In this document: one piece after another, positions 10,683 through 21,167 of the stretch
How positions within the stretch are numbered: the first letter of the stretch is position 1
Layout of the letters: each line of letters starts with the position of its first letter
Assembly (NCBI GenBank): GCA_963823035.1
Contig: CAWGKG010000018.1
Coordinates: 352,001-416,000 of the forward strand
Reading direction: 5' to 3'
Length of the DNA stretch: 64,000 bases
DNA from: an uncultured Gemmatimonadales bacterium
GTDB lineage: Bacteria > Gemmatimonadota > Gemmatimonadetes > Longimicrobiales > Gaopeijiaceae
Position numbers and translations under genes: made by a program
The notes under the pieces: generated by a model
Databases searched by the model: none
The model's input: only the letters and a program-made list of their open reading frames with translations
What the model was told of the DNA's origin: nothing

Positions 10683-12309
10683 GCTCCTGCTTGGGCTGAC
10701 GCTCGGCGCACTCCTCCTCCCCGCGGTTCCCGCGGCGGGGAAGGCGCAGGAGCGCACCGTGGTCTCCAAGCAGGTTTCCGTGGGCCGATCCGAGGCGGCG
10801 CTCCGCCTGGAGTTCTCCTCGGGCGCGCCTCTCGACGTCTCGCTCCACGACGGATCGGTGTTCATCGACGGCGAGATCGTCGGCGCCTTCCGGGCCGGGG
10901 ACGCGCTCGACGCCGCCTGGCGCTCGCTGCTCGGCGACGCGGTCCGGCTCGACGACGGGCAGCTCGCCGACGCGCTGCGCGATTGGTCGCCGCCCACCGA
11001 CATGGAGGGCGACCGCCTGGAGCTGGCGGAACAGATCGACGGGGCGCTCGAAAAGGCGCTCACGGTGCAGGAGGCGCCGCGGGCAGCCGACGCGCCGAAG
11101 GCGGACGTTTCGGTGGGTGGCGACGGCGCGCTCGTGCGTGCCCTCCTCGGCCAGTCCGGCCGGCTCGCGACGCTGGAAGAGGCGCTGAAGGGCGTGGGGT
11201 CGAACCTCAAGCTGCACGTGGGTGAGGACGTCGCCGTGGAGGCCGGCGAGACTGTCGAGGGGACGCTCGTCGTGGTCCAGGGAGACGCCCGGATCGACGG
11301 CGAGGTGGACGGGAACGTGGTGGTGGTCGACGGTACGCTGGAGCTGAACGAAGGCAGCCGGATCCGCGGCGACGTCCGTCTGGCGGACGCGGACCTGGAG
11401 CGCTCGGGCGGCACCGTGGACGGCGAGGTCGTCAACGTCGATCGGCGCGAGCGCGACCTCGAGCGCGAGATCCGCGACCAGGTGCGCGAGGAGATGCGCA
11501 GCGAGCTGCGCAAGGAGATTCGCGATGCATCCCGCTCCCGGGGTGGGAGCGGCGGCAGCTTCTTCAGCCCCTTCCGCACGCTCTTCGGTGCGCTCGGCGG
11601 CGTGATCGAGAACCTGGTCTCCGTCCTCGTTCTGGGCCTCATCGGCATGGGCGTGGTGGCCTTCGCGCCGCGCAATCTGGACGCTGTGGCCGAGACGGCG
11701 CGGCGCTCCCCCGGGCGGGCCGCCATGGTCGGGGTGGCCGGGACCTTCCTCCTCATCCCGGTGTGGCTCCTCGGTACGGTCGCGCTGGTCGTGTCGATCG
11801 TGGGGATCCCGGTGGCGCTGCTCTGGATCCCGCTCTTCCCGCTGGCCGCCGTCGCGGCCGCGCTCCTCGGCTACCTCGCGGTGGCCCGGAACGCGGGCGA
11901 GTGGCTGGCGGACAGCGGGTACCGCTACACGGACTGGATCCGCAAGTCCAACCCGGTCTACACGATCACCGCCGGCGTGTTGGGGCTCGCGCTCTTCTTC
12001 ATCGCGGCGAACCTGCTGCGCGTGGTGCCCTTCTTCGGGTTCTTCCGCGGGCTGCTGACGTTCGCCGGCACGGTGGTCGGTATCGCGGCGATGCTGATCG
12101 GCTTCGGCGCCGTCCTGCTCACGCGGGCGGGTCGCCGCCCGGAGAGCAGCGGACCGATGGACTTCGATGAGGCGTGGAAGCGTGCGGTGGACATGGACGT
12201 GGAGGTTGAGGTGGAGGTCGAGACGGCGGCGAAGCGCGCGGACGGGTCGGCCACGAGCGAGGGCGCGGGGGGTGACGAGGGTGACGACGCGGGAGGGAAG
12301 GATGCGTAG
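10660..12309 (+). CDS. Membrane protein with signal peptide, bactofilin/polymer-forming-like beta-repeat region and multi-TM C-terminus
   Basis: V/G/D-rich repeats (GETVEGTLVVVQGDARIDGEVDGNVVVVDG) followed by about 5 hydrophobic segments. Confidence 0.7.
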   Translation: MGTLRSRRLLLGLTLGALLLPAVPAAGKAQERTVVSKQVSVGRSEAALRLEFSSGAPLDVSLHDGSVFIDGEIVGAFRAGDALDAAWRSLLGDAVRLDDGQLADALRDWSPPTDMEGDRLELAEQIDGALEKALTVQEAPRAADAPKADVSVGGDGALVRALLGQSGRLATLEEALKGVGSNLKLHVGEDVAVEAGETVEGTLVVVQGDARIDGEVDGNVVVVDGTLELNEGSRIRGDVRLADADLERSGGTVDGEVVNVDRRERDLEREIRDQVREEMRSELRKEIRDASRSRGGSGGSFFSPFRTLFGALGGVIENLVSVLVLGLIGMGVVAFAPRNLDAVAETARRSPGRAAMVGVAGTFLLIPVWLLGTVALVVSIVGIPVALLWIPLFPLAAVAAALLGYLAVARNAGEWLADSGYRYTDWIRKSNPVYTITAGVLGLALFFIAANLLRVVPFFGFFRGLLTFAGTVVGIAAMLIGFGAVLLTRAGRRPESSGPMDFDEAWKRAVDMDVEVEVEVETAAKRADGSATSEGAGGDEGDDAGGKDA

Positions 12310-13144
12310 GGGTCCCTTGCTCGCGGCCGGCGCGGCCGCGCTGATGGCCCTCCCGTACGGGCTCGCCGCCCAGAGCTGGCGGACGGTGACGATGTCCCGT
12401 CAGCTCTCCGGAGAGGACGACCTGCGCGTGCAGGTCTCCTACGGGGCCGGCACCTTCAAGGTGCGGCCGGCCGACACGGGCCTGCTCTACCGGATGCACC
12501 TCCGCTACGACGAAGACGTCTTCGAGCCGCACGCCGACTACGAGGGCAACCGACTCCATCTCGGCGTGGAGAACGTCGGCAACTCGATCCACATCGGGAA
12601 GAAGCGCTCCGGCGGCGAGTTGGACCTGCAGCTCGCACGGAACGTGCCGATGGATCTGGACCTGGAGTTCGGCGCGGTGCGTGCAGACCTGGACCTCGGT
12701 GGGCTCTCGCTCACCCATCTGGAGCTGAGCACGGGCGCCTCGGAGTCCGTCGTGGACATCTCGGAGCCGAACGACGTCGACATGCGCTCCGCCAGCTTCG
12801 AGGTGGGCGCGGCCGACTTCACGGCGCGGCACCTGGGCAACCTCAACGCTCGGCACATCGACGTGAGCGCCGGGGTAGGCGAGGTGACCCTCTGGTTCAA
12901 CGGAGGGTGGCAGCAGGACGCCTCGGTCTCGATCGACATGGGGCTGGGCTCGCTGGAGCTGCGCTTCCCCGAGGGACTCGGGGTACGGCTGACGAAGGAC
13001 AGCTTCCTCGCCTCGCTCGATTCGGAAGGGTTGGTCAAGCGCGGGGACGCCTACTATTCGCTGGATTGGGATCGTGCGGACAGGAAGGTCACCATCGACC
13101 TGGACGCCGCTTTCGGAAGCATCAAGGTCGTCTGGGTGCGCTGA
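12302..13144 (+). CDS. Secreted beta-strand repeat protein (LiaF/LiaG, DUF2154/DUF4097-like)
   Basis: Signal peptide ending ALA-Q-like; repeated L-x-L-x-x-G-A/V units (LDLEFGAV, LELSTGAS, FEVGAA, VSAGVG, IDMGLG, LDAAFG). Confidence 0.65.
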   Translation: MRRGPLLAAGAAALMALPYGLAAQSWRTVTMSRQLSGEDDLRVQVSYGAGTFKVRPADTGLLYRMHLRYDEDVFEPHADYEGNRLHLGVENVGNSIHIGKKRSGGELDLQLARNVPMDLDLEFGAVRADLDLGGLSLTHLELSTGASESVVDISEPNDVDMRSASFEVGAADFTARHLGNLNARHIDVSAGVGEVTLWFNGGWQQDASVSIDMGLGSLELRFPEGLGVRLTKDSFLASLDSEGLVKRGDAYYSLDWDRADRKVTIDLDAAFGSIKVVWVR

Positions 13145-13178
13145 CGCGCCACCGGACGCTACCCACAGGAGGAATACC

Positions 13179-13415
13179 ATGCTCGGCACCCTGCTCACCT
13201 TCTTCGCGGTGGCGCTCGCGACGGTGGTCGCCGCGTGGCTCGTCCTGATGGTCGTGGGAGTGGTGTTCTCGCTCACCTTCGGCCTGGCCACCTTCCTCCT
13301 CTTCAAGGTCGGCCCGATCCTCCTCGTGGGATGGGTCGCGATCAAGATCTTCGAGAAGGTCCGCGGGAAGGGCTCGATCTCCGCCGCCGACAGGAAGTGG
13401 CTCGAAGGCGACTGA
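13179..13415 (+). CDS. Small integral membrane protein
   Basis: AGGAGG RBS, two long hydrophobic segments, last gene of the ECF operon. Confidence 0.75.
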   Translation: MLGTLLTFFAVALATVVAAWLVLMVVGVVFSLTFGLATFLLFKVGPILLVGWVAIKIFEKVRGKGSISAADRKWLEGD

Positions 13416-13433
13416 GCGAGGGTCTTCCCACGA

Positions 13434-13475
13434 GCGAAAGGGCCGCGGTACCTCTGGGTGCCGCGGCCCTTTCGC
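13434..13475. terminator. Hairpin between convergent genes (probable bidirectional terminator)
   Basis: gcgaaagggccgcgg-tacctctgggtg-ccgcggccctttcgc: 15-bp perfect outer stem. Confidence 0.75.
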
Positions 13476-13497
13476 GTCCAGGGCGGGTCGAGCGGAC

Positions 13498-14602
13498 TCA
13501 GCCCACCGCGAGGGCCTCGAGCGCCTTCCCGATCTCGCGCGCCACCACCCGCAGGGCCTTGCCCGACGCCGAGTCCGGGGCCGCCAGCACGGTCGGCCGG
13601 CCTTCGTCGCCCGCGGTGCGGACCGCGGGGTCCAGCGGGACCCGGCCGAGGAACGGAAGCTTCATCTCGGTGGCGAGGCGCTCCCCGCCCCCACTGCCGA
13701 AGACGTCGATGAGCTCGCCGCAGTGTGGGCAGGCCATCCCGCTCATGTTCTCCACGATCCCGAGAACGCGCGTGTTCACCCGCTCGAACATCTTCACGCC
13801 GCGGCGCACGTCGCTGGTGGCCACGTCCTGCGGGGTCGTGACCATCACCGCGCCGTCCAGGTCGATGGTCTGGACGAGCGAGAGCTGCGCGTCGCCCGTG
13901 CCGGGGGGCATGTCGACGATCATGTAGTCGAGCGGACCCCAGGCGACCTGCTCGAGGAACTGCTTGAGAATCCCCGAGATCAGGGGACCGCGCATGATGG
14001 CCGGCTGATCCTTCTCGAGGAGGAGGCCGAGGCTCATGATACGCACGCCGTGCGCCTCGAGCGGCTCGATCATCTCCTTCCCCTTCTCTCCGGTCACGCG
14101 CGGCCGCCGCTCCTCACCGAACATGAGCGGGATGTTCGGACCGTAGATGTCGGCATCGAGGAGTCCGACCGCGTGTCCGTCCATCGCGAGCGCCGCTGCG
14201 AGGTTGGCGGACACCATGGACTTGCCCACGCCCCCCTTCCCCGAGCTGACCGCCACCACGTGCCCCGATCTCGGTGAGGAGGCCGGGCTTCGGTGTGGGC
14301 GCCGGTACGGAGCCCGGCTTCAGGCCGCCCTGTTTGCCACCGCCCGTGCCCCCCATCTGAGGGAGCTGGAGGTTCATCTTCACGGAGGTGACGCCCGTGA
14401 CGCCCTCGGCCGCGGCGCGCGCCTCCTTGATGAGCGTCGGGGGGTCGTCCGGGCGCATCAGGAAGGCGAAGCGGACCTGTCCGTCTCCGTCCACCTCGAG
14501 GTTCTGGACGTGGCCACTGGCCACGACATCGCGGCCCCCTTCCGGTTGTGTGACCCGGGAGAGCGCGGCCATCACCGAGCGTCTGAGCTCGTCTGCAGTC
14601 AT
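13498..14602 (-). CDS. Mrp/NBP35 (ApbC) Fe-S cluster carrier ATPase (+1 break near 14265)
   Basis: N-terminal DUF59-like domain, SSGKGGVGKS, DADIYGP, DMPPGTGD, TTPQ and ENMS..CPHC motifs. Confidence 0.92.
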
Positions 14603-14660
14603 GGTAGGTTCCGTGCCTGGGAAGTGGGCAGACCGCCCTGCCCGTTCTGGTCGCGACCCG

Positions 14661-14891
14661 TCAGACCGCCGTCACCTCGACGATCCCCGGCACGGTGTTC
14701 CTCAGACGGCGCTCGATGCCTTCCTTGAGCGTCATGAGGGAGATCGGGCAGGATTCGCACGCGCCTATGAGGCGCACCTCGACCACGCCCTCCTCCTCCC
14801 GGTAGGCGAGGAACTCGACGTCTCCGCCGTCGGCCTGGATGGCCGGACGTATCGAATCGAGGACCTCGAGGATCTTGTCTTGGGCGGTCAT
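14661..14891 (-). CDS. NifU family Fe-S scaffold/carrier protein
   Basis: IRPAIQADGGDVE...GACESCPIS..TLKEGIE. Confidence 0.92.
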   Translation of the reverse strand: MTAQDKILEVLDSIRPAIQADGGDVEFLAYREEEGVVEVRLIGACESCPISLMTLKEGIERRLRNTVPGIVEVTAV

Positions 14892-15150
14892 AGCGACGTG
14901 GATGCTCCACCGGGGGAGAATCCGCGCCCCGGGGAGGGACGGGAAGCCGGAAAAATCTACCGGGCGCCGGAAGGGGGGTCAACCGAGAAAGGCATGTGTC
15001 CTGAGGCGCTTGCGCCTGCTTCACTATTGCATCATCGCGCTCGTTTTCCGAGCTTTCAAACGATATGGGACTAGGGTCGGACTCGGTCCCCCTGGCGGCC
15101 CGGGACGCCGTTTGGCCGGTCGCCTGTGCCACCCTCGCATCGAGTCGCCC

Positions 15151-17559
15151 ATGAGCACGGAGCCGACCGCACGACCCTACGGGGACGTCGAGCCGGAGCA
15201 CTTCGGCGGCGCCCCCCACCTCTCGGACTACTGGCAGGTGGTCAGTCGACGGCTCTGGCTCGTGCTGGTCGTCTTCACGGTCACCGCGGCCACGTCCATC
15301 TGGGCGGTTTCGCGGCAGCGGGTCTTCTACCAGGGCTCGATGACGCTCCAGGTGAACGACCCCCTGGAGCGCCAGCGCGGCCTGGTCGGCGGATCGCGCG
15401 TGTCGGGGATGGACATCTTCGTCGATCCCATCGAGTCGGAGATCCAGGTACTCCGCTCCTCGGCGATCGGAACGGTGGTGGTCGACTCGCTGGGGCTCCG
15501 GTTGCGCCGCGTTCCCTCTTCGGAGCCGCGCTCCGAGCTGGCCCGGAACATCTACGTGGCGGCGCAGGCGCCCAACGGACGCTACCAGCTGGCCTACGAG
15601 CCGGACGGGCGTGAGGCGGTGCTGCGCAAGGCGGACGGCACCACGCTCGGCTCCGCCTTCGTCGGCGCGCGTCTCGACGCGGGGCTGGTGAGCTTCGACC
15701 TCCAGGCTCCGCCGACGGAGAGCCGCACCTACGACCTCGAGATCGTGCCCGGCCAGGCCGTGCTCGGCGAGGTCGCCTTCTCGGCCGCGCCGCGGGAGAG
15801 CACGAACATCATCGACGTGTCCGTGGTGCACGCCGACCCCACCCTCGTCGCCCCCATCCTCAACCAGGCCGGGCGGGCCCTGCGCGAGAAGGGTGCCGAG
15901 CGTGTGCGGAAGTCGGCGCGGGCCGACATCGACTTCATCAACGAGCGTCTCGACTCCGCGCAGTCGCAGCTGTCGCGCTCGATGGACGCGATCCGGGACT
16001 TCAAGAAGACGCAGGCGTTCACGAATCTGAGCGCCCGCGAGCGTTCCCTCGTCGACCGGTCCGAGACCCTGGCCCGCCAGGTGGAGGGCGTCAACGGCCA
16101 GCGGAAGGTGCTCTCCAACCTCGTGACGACGCTGCGCGGCCGGGGGCTGAACGAGATCGACCTCTCGGGCCTCCTCGCCCAGCTACCCGAGGGCTCGGCT
16201 CCGCAGGTCCGTTCGCTCGCCTCGAGCATCCAGAGCGAGCAAACCGAGGAGCGGCGGCTGATCACGGAGGACCGCAAGAGCCCGGGCCATCCGCAGGTCG
16301 TCGCGGTCCGCGCCGAGATCAAGGAGCTGGGAGATCAGCTCGCCGACGCCGCCAACGCGTCGCTCCAGGTCATCGAGTCGCGGCTCCAGGAACTCAGCAT
16401 CGATCAGACGAACCTCCGCGTCGAACAGCGCCAGTTCCCGGATCTCGAGGGCCAGCTCCAGGCGCTCGAAGCGCAGCGCACGCTCGATCGGGACTCGTAC
16501 CAGTACCTCCTGTCGCAGCTCTACCAGGCGCAGATCACCGAGGCGGCGGCGTCTCCCTACGTCGAGATCCTCGACCCGGCGGTCGGCGCCTCCCAGATCC
16601 AGGGCCGCGGGCGCATCAACGTCTTCCTCGGGGCTCTCCTCGGCCTGATCCTCGGCGTGGGTGCGGCGTTCTTCCTCGAGTACCTCGACCGGACCGTGCG
16701 TACCAGCTCGGATGTCGAGTCGCTTCTGGGTGTCCCGGTACTCGGCGTGATCCCCCGGCTCCGCCGCATCGAGGAGGCCGCGGACGGTGGTGGACCGGGC
16801 GGAGGGCGCGGCCTCCCCCTCATCGTGGCCATGGATCCCCTGGATCCGGCCGCCGAGGCGTACCGCAACCTGCGCATGAACCTGATGTTCATGAGCACCG
16901 AAGACGCGCCCATCCGCACCGTGCTCTTCTCGAGCCCCGGACCCTCCGAGGGGAAGTCGACCACGGCGATCAACTTCGCCGTCATGCTCGCCCAGCAGGG
17001 GCAGCGGGTCCTGGTGGTGGACGCGGACCTGCGGCGTCCGTCGCTGCACCGCGCGCTCGACGTGTTGCGCGAGCCGGGGCTGACCAACCTCCTGATCGGC
17101 GACACCGACGTGCGCGAGGCGGTGCGGCCGAGCGTCTTGCCACACCTCGACTTCCTTCCCTCCGGCCCCTTCCCGCCCAACCCGTCGGATCTGCTGAACT
17201 CCAAGGCGATGGGTCGCCTGCTCGAGAGCTTCGAGGGCCGCTACGATCAGATCGTGATCGACTCACCCCCCGTGCTCGCCGTCACCGACGCGGCGGTGCT
17301 CGCGGCGCATACGGACGGTGTGGTGCTCGTGCTCCGCTCCGGCGAGACGGAACAGCGCACGGCCGAGCGCTCCGTCGAGCAGCTCAGGCGCCTGGGGGTG
17401 CGGGTCTTCGGGGCCGTGCTCAACGAGGTCTCGGCCGCGAGCCCGGACGACGGCTACTATCTCCAGTACTACTACAGCTACCGTCCCGAGGAGGGTGGGA
17501 ACGGGAGCCGCTGGAGCCGGTTGCGTGCGGGTCTCTCCAAGGTGAGATTCTTCGGGTAA
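15151..17559 (+). CDS. Wzc/GumC-type polysaccharide chain-length regulator / BY tyrosine autokinase
   Basis: N-terminal TM, coiled coil, second TM, AEAYRNLR, Walker A GPSEGKST, VDADLRRP, DSPP, and C-terminal Tyr cluster GYYLQYYYSY. Confidence 0.92.
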   Translation: MSTEPTARPYGDVEPEHFGGAPHLSDYWQVVSRRLWLVLVVFTVTAATSIWAVSRQRVFYQGSMTLQVNDPLERQRGLVGGSRVSGMDIFVDPIESEIQVLRSSAIGTVVVDSLGLRLRRVPSSEPRSELARNIYVAAQAPNGRYQLAYEPDGREAVLRKADGTTLGSAFVGARLDAGLVSFDLQAPPTESRTYDLEIVPGQAVLGEVAFSAAPRESTNIIDVSVVHADPTLVAPILNQAGRALREKGAERVRKSARADIDFINERLDSAQSQLSRSMDAIRDFKKTQAFTNLSARERSLVDRSETLARQVEGVNGQRKVLSNLVTTLRGRGLNEIDLSGLLAQLPEGSAPQVRSLASSIQSEQTEERRLITEDRKSPGHPQVVAVRAEIKELGDQLADAANASLQVIESRLQELSIDQTNLRVEQRQFPDLEGQLQALEAQRTLDRDSYQYLLSQLYQAQITEAAASPYVEILDPAVGASQIQGRGRINVFLGALLGLILGVGAAFFLEYLDRTVRTSSDVESLLGVPVLGVIPRLRRIEEAADGGGPGGGRGLPLIVAMDPLDPAAEAYRNLRMNLMFMSTEDAPIRTVLFSSPGPSEGKSTTAINFAVMLAQQGQRVLVVDADLRRPSLHRALDVLREPGLTNLLIGDTDVREAVRPSVLPHLDFLPSGPFPPNPSDLLNSKAMGRLLESFEGRYDQIVIDSPPVLAVTDAAVLAAHTDGVVLVLRSGETEQRTAERSVEQLRRLGVRVFGAVLNEVSAASPDDGYYLQYYYSYRPEEGGNGSRWSRLRAGLSKVRFFG

Positions 17560-17587
17560 GTCGCCGGAAGGCGCCACACACGCTGCC

Positions 17588-17631
17588 GGGGGGCGGGAGA
17601 ACGAGCGGTTCCCCCGCCCCCCTTCGTATTT
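17588..17631 (+). terminator. Putative intrinsic terminator after the BY-kinase gene
   Basis: ggggggcgggagaac/gttcccccgcccccc stem followed by ttcgtattt. Confidence 0.55.
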
Positions 17632-17690
17632 CCGCGCGTGTGCTCGGCGCTCCGGACCCCGATTCATCCAACACCCCGACTTCGACGACC

Positions 17691-19320
17691 ATGAGCGGCA
17701 ACGTGAAGGTACCCCCGCCCATCAACGAGCCCGTCCTCTCCTACGCGCCCGGCACCGCCGAGCGCGCGGCGCTGAAGGAGCGGCTCGACGCGATGGCCTC
17801 CGAGACGATCGACATCCCTCTCCTGATCGGCGGCGAGGAGATCCGTACGGGTGACACCCTCGACGTCGTGATGCCCCACGACCACGGCCACGTGGTCGCC
17901 AAGGCCCACAAGGCCGGGCCCGCCGAGGTGAAGAAGGCGATCGCGGCTTCGATGGAGGCGCACCACGACTGGTCCACGATGCGTTGGGAGGATCGCGCGG
18001 CGATCTTCCTGAAGGCGGCGGACCTCCTCGCAGGCCCGTGGCGGCAGGCGATGAACGCGTCGACGATGCTCGGCCAGAGCAAGACGGCCCACCAAGCCGA
18101 GATCGACGCCGCCTGCGAGATGATCGACTTCCTGCGCTTCAACGTGCACTTCGCGGAGCGGATCTACAGCGAGCAGCCGCGGTCCGACGCCGGCATGTGG
18201 AACCGTACGGAGTATCGGTCGCTCGAGGGCTTCATCTACGCGATCACGCCCTTCAACTTCACGTCCATCGGCGGCAACCTCTCCTCCTCGCCGGCGATCA
18301 TGGGCAACACCGTCGTGTGGAAGCCCGCACGCACGGCGATGCTCTCCAACTGGTACATGGCGAAGGTGTTCGACGAGGCCGGCGTGCCGCCGGGCGTGAT
18401 CAACTTCATCACCGGGAACTCGGCGCAGATCACCGAGGCCGTGCTCGCCAACCGCGACTTCGGTGGGATCCACTTCACGGGCTCGACCGCGGTGTTCAAC
18501 TCGTTCTGGCGCGACATCGGCACGAACGTGGCAGACTACAAGAGCTATCCGCGCATCGTCGGTGAGACGGGTGGAAAGGACTTCGTCGTCGCGCACCCGA
18601 CGGCCGATCCGGCCGCCCTCGTCACCGCGATGGTGCGGGGCGCCTTCGAGTACCAGGGCCAGAAGTGCTGCGCGCTGTCGCGCGCCTACGTGCCCGCGAG
18701 CCTGTGGGAGGAGATCCGCGACACGCTGGTGGAGCAGACCGAGAGCGTCGCGATGGGCGATGTCACGGACTTCTCGAACTACATCGGCGCCGTGATCGAC
18801 AAGGCCGCCTTCGACAAGATCAAGGGCTACATCGATCGCGCGAGGGCAGAGCGCCGACGCCGAGGTGATCGCCGGCGGGGAGTGCGACGACTCGAAAGGG
18901 TGGTTCGTGCGCCCGACGCTGATCCTCGCGAAGGACCCGGCGTACGAGTCGATGTGCGACGAGATCTTCGGACCCGTGCTCACGATCCACGTCTACGACG
19001 ACAAGAAGTGGTCGGAGACGCTCCGGCGCGTCGACAGCACGTCGCCCTATGCGCTGACCGGCGCGGTGTTCGCGAAGGACCGGCGCGCCGTGCGCGAGGC
19101 GATGGACACCCTGCGCCACGCGGCCGGCAACTTCTACGTGAACGACAAGCCGACCGGCGCGGTGGTCGGGCAGCAGCCCTTCGGCGGCGCGCGGGCTTCC
19201 GGGACGAACGACAAGGCGGGCTCGGCGCTGAACCTGATGCGCTGGGTGAGCGCCCGCTCCATCAAGGAGACGTTCGTTCCGGCGGTGGACTACCGCTACC
19301 CGTTCATGGGCGGGAAGTAG
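17691..19320 (+). CDS. pruA: L-glutamate gamma-semialdehyde (P5C) dehydrogenase (+1 break near 18845)
   Basis: NEPVLSYAPG, QAEIDAACE, PFNF, FTGST, GETGGK, EYQGQKC, EIFGP and NDKPTGAVVGQQPFGG motifs. Confidence 0.93.
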
Positions 19321-19323
19321 CGC

Positions 19324-20490
19324 TCAGCAAGCGGCGAGGGCGCGGGCGAAGTCGTCCCGCAGGTCCTCCACGTTCTCGACGCCGACGCTGATCCGCACGA
19401 ACCCGTCGTCGATACCCTGGGCCTCACGCTCTTCGGGCGTGAGGCCCACGTGCGACGTGTGGCGGGGTTGCGAGACGAGCGTCTCGACACCGCCCAGGCT
19501 GGGCGCGGCGAGCGCGAGCTCCATCGCCGACATGAAGCGGTCCGCCGCCGCCCCGCCCCCCTCGAGCACGATGCCGAGCATCCCACCGAAGCCACTCATG
19601 AGCTCGCGAGCCACAGCGTGGTCCGGGTGGCTGGAGAGGCCGGGGTGGATCGTGCGCCGGACGCCCCGCTGTTCCTCGAACCAGCGGGCGAGCTCGAGCG
19701 CGTTCTCGTTGTGCCGATGGACGCGCAACTCCAGCGTGCGCAGGCCCCGGTCCAGCAGCCACGCGGCGTGCGCGTCCATCGCGGGGCCGTAGAGCCGCGA
19801 GACCCGCACCACCGCGTCCATCAGGTCGGCCGGGCCCGCGGCGACGCCCGCGATGAGATCCGAGTGCCCGCCGAGGTACTTCGTGGCGCTGTGGATGACC
19901 ACGTCCACGCCGAGCGCGGCGGGCTGCAGGTTCACCGGAGACGCGAAGGTCGCGTCCATGACCACCCGCACGCCACGTGCGTGCGCGAGCGCCACCAGCG
20001 GGCGGGGGTCGACGACGCGCAGCGTCGGGTTCGTCGGCGTCTCCAGCATCAGGACGCGCGTTTCGGGTCGGAACGCCTCCTCCCACCCCCCTCCGTGGGG
20101 GTCGACGAACGTGGTGGTCACGCCGCGGCGCGGCAGCTCGTCCTTGAGCAGCGCCTGCGTCGCGCCGTAGAGGAGCGAGGAGGCCACGACGTGGTCGCCC
20201 ACCTCCGTGAGCGCCAGCAGCGCCATGGCCGTGGCGCCCATGCCACTGGCGAGCGGAACCGCCGCCTCCGTGCCCTCCAGCGCCGCCAGCTTGCGCCCGA
20301 GGTGGACCTGGTTCGGGTTGTTGCCGTACCGGCTGTAGCGCAGCTCGCCGTCCCCGGGGCCGCCCCAGAAGAACGTCGCGCTCTGCACGATGGGCGGCAC
20401 CACGGGATCGCCCGGCGCCCGCGAGCTCTCGCCGCCGTGGATGCCGAGGGTGGACGCGCCGGGACGGCGGGAGGCTGCTGGGTCGGGCAT
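19324..20490 (-). CDS. Trans-sulfuration family PLP enzyme (cystathionine/methionine gamma-lyase-like)
   Basis: YSRYGN, ASGMGA, ETPTNP, DATFASP, HSATKYLGGHSD and SLGGVET motifs. Confidence 0.9.
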   Translation of the reverse strand: MPDPAASRRPGASTLGIHGGESSRAPGDPVVPPIVQSATFFWGGPGDGELRYSRYGNNPNQVHLGRKLAALEGTEAAVPLASGMGATAMALLALTEVGDHVVASSLLYGATQALLKDELPRRGVTTTFVDPHGGGWEEAFRPETRVLMLETPTNPTLRVVDPRPLVALAHARGVRVVMDATFASPVNLQPAALGVDVVIHSATKYLGGHSDLIAGVAAGPADLMDAVVRVSRLYGPAMDAHAAWLLDRGLRTLELRVHRHNENALELARWFEEQRGVRRTIHPGLSSHPDHAVARELMSGFGGMLGIVLEGGGAAADRFMSAMELALAAPSLGGVETLVSQPRHTSHVGLTPEEREAQGIDDGFVRISVGVENVEDLRDDFARALAAC

Positions 20491-20585
20491 GTCGACGCAC
20501 CGGGTGGAGTGGGATACGGCCGCGCGGCGCGCAAGGTAGTCGACGGCGCCTCCGGGGCGCGAGAGCGCGCGCGCCGCCGCGGACG

Positions 20586-21167
20586 CTACATCAGGTGCGC
20601 GACCAACCGGCTGAGCGCGTGCACGCGCCCGGTGATCGGGCTCCTGAACACCAGCCTGCGCTCAACGAGCGTCTCGAGGGCCGCCCGCTCCGACGGGTCG
20701 GTGAGGACGTCGTCCATCTCCTCGCGGGCGACCAGCCCCCTTCCCTCCACCACCTTCCAGGCGGCCGCCTCCTCCGGGGAGCGCGCACCCAGCAGCTCGA
20801 ACGTACCCGCGCCGGTCTCGGCGACCGCCGCGAGCGCCTGGCGCTCGAGCACGACCTCGATCTGGTCCCGGTGCGGCTCGTGCACGCCACGGAAGACGAA
20901 ATACGCCTCGGCGTGACCCTCCGACCCCGAGTGCCCCACCAGCTTCGCGACGACCTCGTCGGCGCAGGAGAAGTCCAGCACCGTGACCTCCGAGAGGTCG
21001 ATCAGCGACAGCGAGCGCTCCCCCATGCCCGCGAGCTGCGTCTCGATCGCCATGCGCACGGCCCGACCCGTCTGCCGCGTCACCAGGTGCGCGTAGAGGG
21101 AGGTGACGGTGCGCTGCAGCAGATCGCCGACGTCGATCGCGACGGGGTCCAGCGGGAGGTCGGTCAT
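20586..21167 (-). CDS. Hypothetical protein with STAS/DUF4325-like N-terminal domain
   Basis: TRQTGRAVR...IDLSEVTVLDFSCADEVVAKL pattern; ATGA overlap with the upstream ATPase gene. Confidence 0.65.
   Translation of the reverse strand: MTDLPLDPVAIDVGDLLQRTVTSLYAHLVTRQTGRAVRMAIETQLAGMGERSLSLIDLSEVTVLDFSCADEVVAKLVGHSGSEGHAEAYFVFRGVHEPHRDQIEVVLERQALAAVAETGAGTFELLGARSPEEAAAWKVVEGRGLVAREEMDDVLTDPSERAALETLVERRLVFRSPITGRVHALSRLVAHLM

Noticed and set aside
18655..18685. PruA active site reads GQKCCAL instead of the usual GQKCSA
   Set aside because: The catalytic Cys is retained; a single substitution in an error-prone sequence is not interpretable.
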